DNA of 64,000 nucleotides from Rebecca billardiae RCC1528. Lineage: Eukaryota; Protista; Haptophyta. The notes beneath the pieces were generated by a model. That model was not told the DNA's origin and searched no databases. It saw only the letters and a list, made by a program, of their open reading frames with translations. The stretch spans positions 1,736,001 to 1,800,000 of the forward strand of contig OZ251227.1 of the NCBI GenBank assembly GCA_965240325.2, given 5' to 3'. Numbering within the stretch: the first letter of the stretch is position 1; each line of letters begins with the position of its first letter. Position numbers and translations under genes: made by a program. Positions 33,788 to 43,952 of the stretch are shown here, in pieces.

Positions 33788-34867
33788 TCAACTATCATCC
33801 GGTCCCGCTGCAGCCGCCAGCCGCCGCTTTCCATCCTGGGCACGAGCACGGGGCTGCCCCGTCGCCATCGGCAGCCGTCTGAGGAGCTGAAACTGTGGAA
33901 CAGTGTGCTTGCCAGTGCCAGCACTGCCACCACCTGGCCCGGGGCCGCCTCGTGCGCTCTCACATGCGTCCACACGAAGTCGGCCGAGGAGTATCGGCTT
34001 CTCAGGAGCCACGCGCCCTTCCGCCTTCACGTTACTGCTCAGGCACAGCAGCCGTGCGACGACCTCGTACTCGGCCAGGCGGGCCTGGGCATACGCGGCG
34101 TCCACCTCCTCGCTCACGATCTTCTCGCCTGCTCTGCGGTAATCCTGCTTCTCGTGGACCACCGCCTCTGAACTAGCCGAATTGGCTCTCCAGTTGGTGG
34201 GAGTTGTCTCCCCTTGGGCCCAGGGCAGCACGCCCCTCACGTCGTCGTCAAAGGAGGTCATACGCACAGCGTACACGTCCGCGACCTCCATGAGGTCCAG
34301 CACCTGCTCGGAGAAGTAGTATGAATATCCCATGTTGAGGTGTACGCGTGCGACACCGTTGTTGTCAAAGCCCAGCGATCGCTGCGCGAGGACAGCACAT
34401 TGCGCTTTGAGCAAGGCATTGCTCTGGTTGGTGACGGCACGCGCGAACTGATCAAAGGTGTCAAAGCAGCCGTATAACTCACGCTCGAATGCCCGCTGCT
34501 TGCGATCCCTCCGAATCGACGAGCCACCGCCCTGCAAATGGCGCCAATTGAATGAGCTAGCATCTCGGTCCACAGGATCGCGCAGCAGCACGATGGCTTT
34601 GGCCGCACGGTCATTGCCCCCGGCACCCTGTAAGAGCGACGGTCGAACACGAACCAAGTGCACCTCACGATGCGCGATGTGATGCTCATGCATGAATGTG
34701 CGCACACTGCTCCCGCCGGCCTTGCCGATGTGGACAAAGAGCAGCAAGTGCTGCCTGGTGGAGAGCTGGAACGCCCGGAATAGGTCGGTGACGGAGTGCT
34801 GCTGCGCCAGCGACAGACCGGCGATGGCAGGAATCAAGCAGAGGCGGCGTAGCCACTCCATCCTCAT
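33788..34867 (-). CDS. Sulfotransferase-family protein (secretory pathway)
   Basis: N-terminal hydrophobic leader; 5'-PSB-like FVHIGKAGGSS; 3'-PB-like LLRDPVDRDASSFNW. Confidence 0.8.
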   Translation of the reverse strand: MRMEWLRRLCLIPAIAGLSLAQQHSVTDLFRAFQLSTRQHLLLFVHIGKAGGSSVRTFMHEHHIAHREVHLVRVRPSLLQGAGGNDRAAKAIVLLRDPVDRDASSFNWRHLQGGGSSIRRDRKQRAFERELYGCFDTFDQFARAVTNQSNALLKAQCAVLAQRSLGFDNNGVARVHLNMGYSYYFSEQVLDLMEVADVYAVRMTSFDDDVRGVLPWAQGETTPTNWRANSASSEAVVHEKQDYRRAGEKIVSEEVDAAYAQARLAEYEVVARLLCLSSNVKAEGRVAPEKPILLGRLRVDACESARGGPGPGGGSAGTGKHTVPQFQLLRRLPMATGQPRARAQDGKRRLAAAAGPDDS

Positions 34868-36293
34868 CGCGGAGCGGCCAGCACTCAAGCGAGGCGGCCA
34901 TCAAAGCGACATTGCCACATTGACATTGGCTCCGTGCAGCCGTGCTTGACCACCAATAATGTGCGCACTCGTCTGGTCGGAAGCGGTTTGAGGTTTGCAG
35001 ACCTCCTTCAGTCCTTCAGTCCGGCGGAGAATCCAACTTGACGTGGACGAATGACGACGATGGACGGCCCCCCTCCCGGCCGCCCCGGTGCCGCGCTGTG
35101 GTTAGCTGACACACGGCTCCCTGCGCACCGGTCCGATGATAGTAGTTGCCATGATGCCCTTTCGCGCCGCAAGGACGTGTGCATGGCGGTCGCCGCAGCC
35201 GAGCGGCGTTGCACGCCGGGCGCCCATGGATTCGTGGCTTCCGCCTCGCGCGCCGCTGCCACGGCTGAGGCTGGCAAGCGTCTTTGCCGTTCTGGTTGGA
35301 CAGAAAGAAGTGAGAATCTTGACAGAAGACAGAATTGACCGAACGCCTGACGCCATCCGTTAAATCATAGAATGAGTCTGAGTCGTCCGAACGACTGGAT
35401 CAATCGGGGACTTTCTGCTCAGCGGCCCTCCGGGCCCGGTCACCGACGTGCTGCGGCCGCGTGGTGCGCGCGGCCCGTGCGGGTGCTGAACACTGCCACG
35501 CCGACCGTGTCCGTGGGCTGGGGAGAGGCCATGAGTGGCCGGGTGCGCCCCGGGACCGGCCGACCGGGTCACGGACACGGGCAGCTACCCCCGCGACGTC
35601 GAGGCGTCGCGACTAGTCTGCGGCCTGCGGGCGACTGACAGTCTGGGCGGCGCCGGCCGATTACTCACTCGGAGCCAGGCGTCAGAGTCAGTCACGCGGC
35701 GGCGCAGGTTGCAGGACTCCCCTCGGGCTCGCGGCCTTCGAGTTCGGATTCGCCACTCGCGACTTCTCGCGAGTCGCGGCCTCGCGCCTCGCGGGACTGC
35801 TAATAAGCTGTCCCCGGGGCCTCGCGGGCGGCCCGACCGCCGCGGCGCCGCGGGACGTCGTCCGACTCGCCGCCAGCCAGCAGCGCTACACTGAAGATTG
35901 AAGAGGCTCCGGCTTCGGTTGAAACCTCCAGTCTGGTCACTGGAGCGTAACATCTTGACACGGAAATCCGCGGGATCGCCGTCTCTGATGATCTACAATA
36001 TAGCCGTCCTAGACCACCCCAGCAGGCGGTCCCTTGGACGATATGACGCCTAATGAGTAATGACGGCCAGATGGATTATGACATCATCGCCTGTCACACC
36101 TCCAATAGGTTCAAACTCGTCTATTTTCTATAAGTAAACATACCCAATCCGGGTACCATATTCGCGTATGTACATATACACGTGCCCGGAACGCTCCCGG
36201 ACGACTGTGCTGACACCGCGGAGTATAAGCAGGATTATGTAAGCTAGGGGACAGCCGGGTAAAATCTGCTGAGTACACTCAGCAGTGCGGTAT

Positions 36294-37970
36294 TATGACC
36301 GCGTTCCGCGGTCCTTTTTCCGTAGAACGAACGTAGTTCAGGGCCCGCGGTGGCGGTGCACCCTCCGTCGCAGTCGTCTATTGACAGACCAGTTGCATAT
36401 GCCCGTACAACTAGACTCCATCAGCGGCGCGCCGCCGCCCGCCGCGCCGGGCGGGCCCATTGCAGCCGCCGGCGCGGCGCCGATTGTGTACAGGCGGATG
36501 CGACGAGGCGTGATCGACGCATGAGCGCGACTCCACGTGCACACCAGGCCACGCGGAGCTGACAGCCCGAGGGAGCACGGTGCGGGGCCGCGGATTCGTT
36601 CGGGCCGCTGCTGCTGACCGCTGTCCCCGGGGTCACCCCCCGCGCCGGCAGCGCCCGGGAGTAGGGCTGGAGGAGTAGGGTCCGAGTAGGGTTCGACCAG
36701 CGCCTGCGCGACGGCCGACAGGCGGGCGCGAGGCGTGATCGACGCATGAGCGCAACTCTACGTGCACGCCAGGCCACGCGGAGCTGACAGCCCGAGGGAG
36801 CACGGTGCCGAGGTGCGAGGGCACCGGTGATCCGGTTCGCGCACTCGCCGCGCGTGCACGGGCAGCTGACACACCTCGATCAGGCTCGGCACGCGTTGCA
36901 GAGGCACGGCCAGCTCTGGGGACGTCACGCACCACCGTCGCCCGCGCAGCTCGTCCTCCTCGTAGAGTACCGTTCAGTTCCGAGGCGTAGCCCTCGCTCA
37001 GAGTCGACCGACGATGGACTCGGATCGTCGGCGCGCCTGCTCTCTCTCAATCAAGAAGAGTTCTGGGAGACCCCGGAAAGGCATGGCAAGGGCGGCGCGT
37101 GGTGAAGTCGAAGGCTCAGAGATCGATCAGTCCGGCATCAGGCGCCGCTGCCCCCGAGCTTGCGAGAGCCCGAACACAGGGCGGCGGCTGCGGCGCCGGC
37201 TCGCGGACGCGCCGGGGCCGCGCAAGGCCGCGCCGAGGCATCGACAGGGCGGCAGGGGCGGCGGGGGCGCGCGGAGTGAGCGGGGGCACGACGAACGCGA
37301 TGTCGACGGCAGTCGGGACCCGCCGCAGCCGCGCGCTCCAGGCGCCATTCGCCGCGCGCACCTGCCCATCGCCGTCCTCACCCGTCGGTCGTCGCTCGTG
37401 AGCCTCGTGCCCGTGGCTCGCCTCCAAACGCGGGCCGCCTCTGGTGGGCCGCCGCCCGGGGCCACGCGCGCGCCCAACCAAGTCCGTTCGCGTCAGATAG
37501 TATTGAGATTCGCCGAGGTTGGCCCATCGGCTACTGACCCTTGCCTCGTCGGCTCCTGATACAGACACGGCGCGATTGAATAGTTGATTCAACTGATTCA
37601 AGGGACGTACATGGTCACATCGGTTCGCGGCAATCTCTATCTAGATACGTCATCGCTCCTTGGACCTTGCTGCAATCTCATTGGCCGGAAAAATCGCTTG
37701 TAACGGTTCGTTACGTTAGGGATCCTAAAGGGCGTGAAGTTTTTTGGACGGGCGTCACTCCACGCTTTACTATGAACTTGCCGTGGGCGCGACCTTTTTC
37801 GACGCTAATGCACCTGTAAGGGAGTCTCAAAATTCGAAACTCGGTCTCCTCCAGCCATGAAAATCGTCCCCCGTCCCTTTTTTCTTGATCAAAGATCTTT
37901 TTGAAACGTTGTTCGGGCCCGCTGGTGCGGGCTCCACGCTGCGCGCTCCGCCCTGCACCGCGGGCCATAA
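36294..37970 (-). mobile_element. Helitron2/Helentron-like non-autonomous element, family 1 copy B (no nested insertions)
   Basis: Reverse-complement match to 14827-15169, 16300-16362 and 16898-18165, with the same asymmetric IR and terminal hairpin. Confidence 0.7.
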
Positions 37971-38817
37971 AGTTCTACGGTAGCTACTCAGTAACGTGTC
38001 ATAGAGTCTGAACGACTAGTTATTGGGAGGTGGTCTGGCTACGAATTATTGAGATGCCCGCCCGCATGAATTCTCTTAACACGGTTTGAAGTCGTCACCA
38101 GAATGACAGAATCCGGGGGGTGGTCGGAATAAGCAGCATCAGGGCCTCTGCCAGCTTGAGGCGCTTGAGCTGCATGGTCCGCTTGGTTCGGACTTCGGCC
38201 TCGGGTCTCGAGCGACTCGTCACACGGCTCGGCGGCGCCGGCCGCCGTGACGCCAAGTCAGAAGTCTGCGGGCTCTGCTGCGGCCGACCCCGAACTCTCC
38301 GAGTCGGTCCTCCCGCGAGGTGACCGCGGCCTTCGTCACGCACGGACGGCTGGACGGCTGACGGGCCAGTTCAACGTTGTAATTAATATTATTATAATGT
38401 AATTTACCCGGGAGCGGCCTGGCCCTGGGCCGGCGCCGGGGGCCAGTGGCGCGGACCGGGAGCCGTGGAGGCTCCAAGACCCGATTCTGACAGCAAGCGA
38501 CTGGCGCGAGAGTGTCGCGCATTACATGTGTATTCGTTGCCACAAGCCACAAGGCAGCTGGCCGTGCTGACGCCGTGTGCGCCACTGCTCCGACCCCGGG
38601 CCCGGCGACCGAATGTGCGGCTCAGGAGGCAGCCCCGCAGCCCGCGCCGGCCCGCGCGTAACACAGCAGCCGTCAAATCCGCGGGCCGCCTGCCAAACCA
38701 CGCGCACGAGCTTCTACGCAGGTGCGACCGACCCCGACGCAGCGTGCCCACCCACCGCTGCGCTTCGACCGATCGAACGTCGTCGCTGAGGACCCTGCGA
38801 CGATCGAGTGGCACGTC

Positions 38818-39753
38818 TCACGCGTCGCTGGTGACGTCGCTGATCGCCTGCGCGCCCTCGGCGATGTCGAACTGGCAGATGGGACACACCTTGTTCTTCG
38901 ACAGCCACTCCTTGACGCACTCGCTGTGGAAGCTGTGGAAGCAAGGCAGCGTGCGCATCGCCTGCCCCTTCTCGAAGTCCTCGAGGCAGATCGTGCAGTT
39001 GCCGGTGACCTGCGCCTTGTCCGTGGACGTCCACGCGACCGTCAATCGATCGATCTGGCCGTCAGTCGCGCCGTTGCTCGGTGGGGGCGCCTGCCCATTC
39101 AGCTGCTCCAGCACCTCGCGCACGAGCATGAGCTCCGCCTGGTTCATGCGACGGAACTGCTGCAGCCGCTGCATGAGCTCCTCGTTGATGCGGTCACGTG
39201 CCGGCATCGCGTCGTCATCCCCGTCGCTGTCGCTCCCGCTCCCGCCAAGGCCGCGGCGAGACGCCGTGCGGAAGGCCCTGCCCTCGGCGCGGTTGCGCCG
39301 GCGTTCGCGCTCAGCGATCGAGTCGAGGTCGTTGCGGACCAGCCCGCCCGCCCGTGGCGCGCCGGCACGCTGCCCAATCCCGTTGATCGTGTTGCAGTAC
39401 GGGCACTGCACGGCTGTCGGCGCCGAGCCTGCCGTGCGCTGGTTGAGGTTCATCAGCCCGCGACACTGGTAGCACTGGATCTGCAGGTTCAGCGAGGCTT
39501 GGGCCTCGGGCGGCGAGCGCGATGCTGCCCCACCGATCGTTCCCCCACCCAGCAGCGCCGAGCCCGAGCCCGAGCCCGAGCCCTGCCCGAAAGAGCCCGA
39601 GCCCGACGCCGACGCCGCCGTCGCCACCGCCACCGGTGGGTCTTGCGCGGGCTCGGCGTTGTTGCGCCGCGAGGCGGTGGGGGTTTCTCTGCGCGAGAAG
39701 CTGCCAGACGGCGTTGGGGTGTTCGAGATAGCGCGGCCGTGCACCGCGCCCAT
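38818..39753 (-). CDS. RING-H2 E3 ubiquitin ligase with an LSD1-like C4 zinc finger
   Basis: CTICLEDFEKGQAMRTLPCFHSFHSECVKEWLSKNKVCPIC; upstream CYQCRGLM...VQCPYCNTIN. Confidence 0.92.
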   Translation of the reverse strand: MGAVHGRAISNTPTPSGSFSRRETPTASRRNNAEPAQDPPVAVATAASASGSGSFGQGSGSGSGSALLGGGTIGGAASRSPPEAQASLNLQIQCYQCRGLMNLNQRTAGSAPTAVQCPYCNTINGIGQRAGAPRAGGLVRNDLDSIAERERRRNRAEGRAFRTASRRGLGGSGSDSDGDDDAMPARDRINEELMQRLQQFRRMNQAELMLVREVLEQLNGQAPPPSNGATDGQIDRLTVAWTSTDKAQVTGNCTICLEDFEKGQAMRTLPCFHSFHSECVKEWLSKNKVCPICQFDIAEGAQAISDVTSDA

Positions 39754-40587
39754 GGTCGGTCGCCGTGTGGGCTGCAAGTGGACGCACCCCTTGACCTCCC
39801 TCTTGACGAATACCCGCCTTTCCCAGAAGCCGTCATGATCATGATCAGCCCGTCACTCAAGTAGTACTTCACAAGTTACGGCTATCTCCCTTGTACGTAC
39901 GGTACTTCACTTTAGGTGACCAACCGCCGCCGCCGCGTGAACATGTCATATGATTCAGGGCCTGGCCAAGGGGTCGCAGATCTACAGATGCGCCAATCAC
40001 ACGGCACTGACCGTGTCCTGCTATAATCATGCCTTTACCATAGTAGTCGTGCGGTCCGGGTGGATGAGATCATGACTCGCCCCTGATGATGAGAGTCGGT
40101 ACAAGTTGGGTTTTTAAAGACTCCTTGGTACAAGAAGGTCTGCAGTGAGTGGTACTGAACCGCCTAGCTGCATGACACGAACCGATGTTGTATATGCACT
40201 CTGACGGAACTGCGTACCCACATCACATATCTACGGAGCGCATTGATGAGGCCACGTTCCGTATCATGTGCATACCACGTCGAAAACTCGAGACCCAGCC
40301 TCGCCTGCCACCGGCAAGGTTCCGGGGGAGATAGCGGGGATCCTCCCCCGCCGACGTCGAAGAGAATACCTTTGCCGCTCCGCCCTGAGGTGCCTGGGAG
40401 GAGCTGTCCAATCAGCAGCCGAGCTGAGACCACGCGGCTGGATTCACAATTTCACGCCCTTGATCTCACGACTCCGAAGCAGCGGGGTTGAGCGGGGCTT
40501 CCTCCGCAGCCAGCCACCGCCGCCTCGCAAGCGGTACTAGGACCGATTCACCACCCCAACTCTCCAAGCGCTCCGATCGCGCGAACC

Positions 40588-41761
40588 ATGGCGCTCGTGC
40601 AGACCGTGCGCGACCTGACGTCGCAGCTGTACGACGCAAAGACCCGCCCCGAGCTCGTCGCGAAGTACCTTGCCGCCCTTGGCGCCGAGAAGGCATGCGC
40701 GAGCGCTGCGCGGAGAGTGCGAGCCACGGATGCGTCGTTTGCGATCACGCTGCGCGGGATGCGCAGCGTGGGCGCGCACCTGCGCGGGGGAAGGGGTGGT
40801 CGTGGGTGCGCTGTCTGTGTGAGATCGGCACGCACTCCGCACGACCGAGCGCCGTTGCGCCATCCGCGCGACACCCATCGCCCGCTCACGGCCGCGTGCA
40901 TTGTGTGCTTCCGCCCCGCCGGCCCCGTTCGCGCAGGTGCTGAACGCGAAGCAGATCGAGCTCGTCGCGTCGCTCTCGACGGTGTCTGGCTTGTGCGAGG
41001 AGGGAACCAAGCTGCAGGTCGTCGCGGCCCCCTACCTCAAGAAGGCGAAGTGCCCCGACGGGCGCAAGGAGCTCGTGCAGGAGGGCGTCGCGATCGCGCG
41101 CGAGCGCATCATCAAGCCCACCCGCGAGGTCGCCGCGCCATACGTGCAGAAGGGCGTGGACACCGCGACGGAGAAGCTGCTCAAGCCCACGCAGGAGCTC
41201 GCGGCGCCGTACGTGACCAAGCTCACGGCGAGCGCGCGCTACCAGCGCGCCCTGGCCGGCCTGCAGCACGCGCGCGCGCACCCGTACGAGGTTGCGCACG
41301 AGCTCAAGTCCAAGGCCATCGACCTCATCAAGTACGACGAGCTCGTCGCGTACCGCGCGTACGTGCAGAGCCCGGAGTTCCAGGCGGACACGCTAAAGCT
41401 GCTCCGCGAGGACCTCCCCACCGTGGCGCGCGACGCCGCCCGCCGCGGCATGGAGCTGCTGCAGGCAAAGGCAGTGGTGCTCTCTGAGGAGCTGGCCTCG
41501 AAGCGCACGGCGCTCGTTGGCGCATGGCACCGCGGCTACGAGCTCGGCCGCTCGCTCGAGCTCGACGAGCTGCGCGGTCGTGCACGGGCGCTCGTCGCGG
41601 AGCTGCAGGAGAAGCTCCTGACGGGCGTGGAGGCCGTCAAGGGTGCGGACTACAACATTCACGACGTCATCGCGCGCCTCACAAAGACGTTTGGGCTCGA
41701 CAAATACTTCGAGGTCGAGAAGTATGCGGACGCGCCCGAGACGGCTCCGCCGACGATGTAA
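40588..41761 (+). CDS. Helical protein of unknown function; exons 40588-40692 and 40937-41761 (probable GC-AG intron)
   Basis: Host-like codon usage in two frames, joined in frame by AAG|GCATGC...TTCGCGCAG|GTG. Repeated AAPY[LV] amphipathic segments. Confidence 0.7.
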
Positions 41762-42625
41762 GTAAGGCCTGCCGCCCTCGAGGCGGAGAACGGACAGAGG
41801 CTCAGTCCGAGGCGACCAAAGTCATGGCGGCTTGGACGAGGCGGACGATTCACGGACCGCCGCTGGGGTCTGGAGTCGGGTGCGCCTGTCGGTGCGCCAT
41901 GCGACCTGTTGCGGCGTCACGGGCGCGGTCAGTGACTCACTCCGTCGCAGATGGCTCACTAATGACTGGCAGGCTCGTCATAATCACATTCCAAGACTGA
42001 CGCGTGCGTCCTCAATTTTATAAAACGGATACCGAGATTCCGTAAGGCCACGTGCCAGTCCCGTGAGTCCGCGTCGATCGTCGTCGGCTCGGAATATTAT
42101 TGAATGTATTGAGTATATATATTGATTTAATCATTGATGAACTATAACTCGATCTGAACTCAGACAGCGAGACTCATCACGGAGACGGAGAACATTGGAG
42201 ATCAGAGCCAGAGTCAGAGAGAGAAGTCAGAGAGACTGAGCTATCAGATGAGATGACTAAGAGAGAGTCTTAACTACTAACTAGACGTAGTCCGACGGTT
42301 GAGTCGTTGAACGAAGTTGACGATGTGCCCGGCCGAGCTCGAGCCTGCTTCCTGCTCGTCGTCGCCGCGGGCGGCGGGGCGGCGAGTGACGACTGAGTCG
42401 TCGACTGACGGCGACGACGCGTCGATCGAGGCCATCGCCCATCGAGGGCTCACTCGGGCCGCGGCGAGGCAGTGCAGACTGAGTGAGACTGTCACACTGG
42501 CGGACACGCGGGACAGCGCCGGTCCCGCCGGGATGTCAGCACTCAGCAGTGGCAGTTTCGTCAGCCCGGCTCGGCTCGATCGACGGATTCACGGATCGTA
42601 GCTTATTATATTCGTAGTCGTTAGC

Positions 42626-42626
<1 letters not shown>

Positions 42627-42707
<81 letters not shown>

Positions 42708-42714
42708 GAGAGAG
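42627..42714. repeat. (AG)n microsatellite
   Basis: Seen directly. Confidence 0.97.
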
Positions 42715-42827
42715 TAGTTATTTATACAGTTACTAAGACTCTGGCGGACGACTCTGTCATAGCAGTCACTAAAGGTCAAGCTGCTACTGAGTAGCTGACC
42801 AGATTGTCTAGATATTTTAGCTTAGAG

Positions 42828-43833
42828 TTAGTCGCGCGCTGCCGCGATGGAGCCATCCTCGTCAGCCACGAGAGCCATCACGTTGAAGTGGCCGCCGGGC
42901 ATCTTGCTGACGAAGTGCTCGCGGATGGCACGTGCCGCGTCGTGCAGCAGGCCGCGCTGGATTGGCCCGTGGTTCACGGGCATCTGCTTGGTGCCGTCCA
43001 ACTCGTACAGCTCACCGTCGCGCTCGACGAAGCATACGTAGTGGTAGTCGGCGTCCACGCCGCGGTCTGGCGTGCTTGTCTGGCCGATCCGTGCGGATGT
43101 CTCGCTGGCGCGCATAAGGTCCTCGGACTGGGAGAGCTTCTCGCCGAGAGCGGAGGCTGAGGAGCGCACGTCCTCACCGCACGTCTCCTCGCCATCGGCC
43201 GAGTCTGGTCCGCTCTCCGCCTCGCTGCTGCCTGCCATCGAGCTGAGGGGCCCGTCGGACATGGCAAGCCGCTCCCGGTTGTTCAGGAGCGCATGCACGG
43301 CTGCGACGGTGCCGCACGCGTTGCCAATGTACTGGCGCATGAAGAACACACGGGGCGATACGCGCGGAGGACGGCGCGCCAGCTGCGCTCGGCGCTGCAT
43401 CTCGGACCTGGCGAGCACCTCGTTGACCGGGAAGAGCAGCACGACGGCGATACAGGGCTGTGGGACCATCGCGAGCAGCTCGTCGTCGAGCCCGTACACG
43501 TCGGTGAAGGCCCAGCCGTCGCCGATCCCAACGCGGCGCGCAAAGTCGTTGAAGACCTGCAGAGCACGCCGCCGCGCGGGGCGACTTCTCAGGGACGGCA
43601 TGCGCGCGTGCACGCACGAGTCGAGTACCCCCCGCGCGGCGCAGGGCGCACACCTCCGGGCTGCTCTCGAGAGGGAGCCAGTACTGCTGCTGGAAGGCCA
43701 TGCTGCCCGATCCACCGCGTACGCGCGTGGCGAATGCGCGCGAGGCGCTCCGTCTCCAGGGCGGGGACACCTCCAGCGTAGCCGGCTGCGCAGCCACGCC
43801 GAGCAGCAGCGCGAGCGTTCGTGCTGCCGACAT
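42828..43833 (-). CDS. UCHL3: Ubiquitin C-terminal hydrolase (peptidase C12, UCH-L3-like); exons 43833-43654 and 43556-42828
   Basis: WLPLESSPE|VFNDF, DVYGLDDELLAMVPQP, QYIGNACGT (catalytic Cys), HYVCFV and ELYELDG (His, Asp). GT-AG intron 43557-43653. Confidence 0.92.
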
Positions 43834-43952
43834 GGCGCCTTCCTGACGTGGCAAAAAGACGTGGCCATCCACACCGGACTTTCAAAACTGACCGGTGCAG
43901 CGGGCGTGGGCCGCGGCGAAGGCGGGCGTGAGTGACGCCCCCCCGCGCAGCG

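Noticed and set aside
34989-35929. Possible degenerate inverted repeats bounding ~940 bp
   Set aside because: The match is short and gapped, with no TSD.
36266-36285. Perfect hairpin CTGCTGAGT-AC-ACTCAGCAG beside the family-1 element end
   Set aside because: Single occurrence; it cannot be tied to an element. Bacterial-type terminators are not applicable here.
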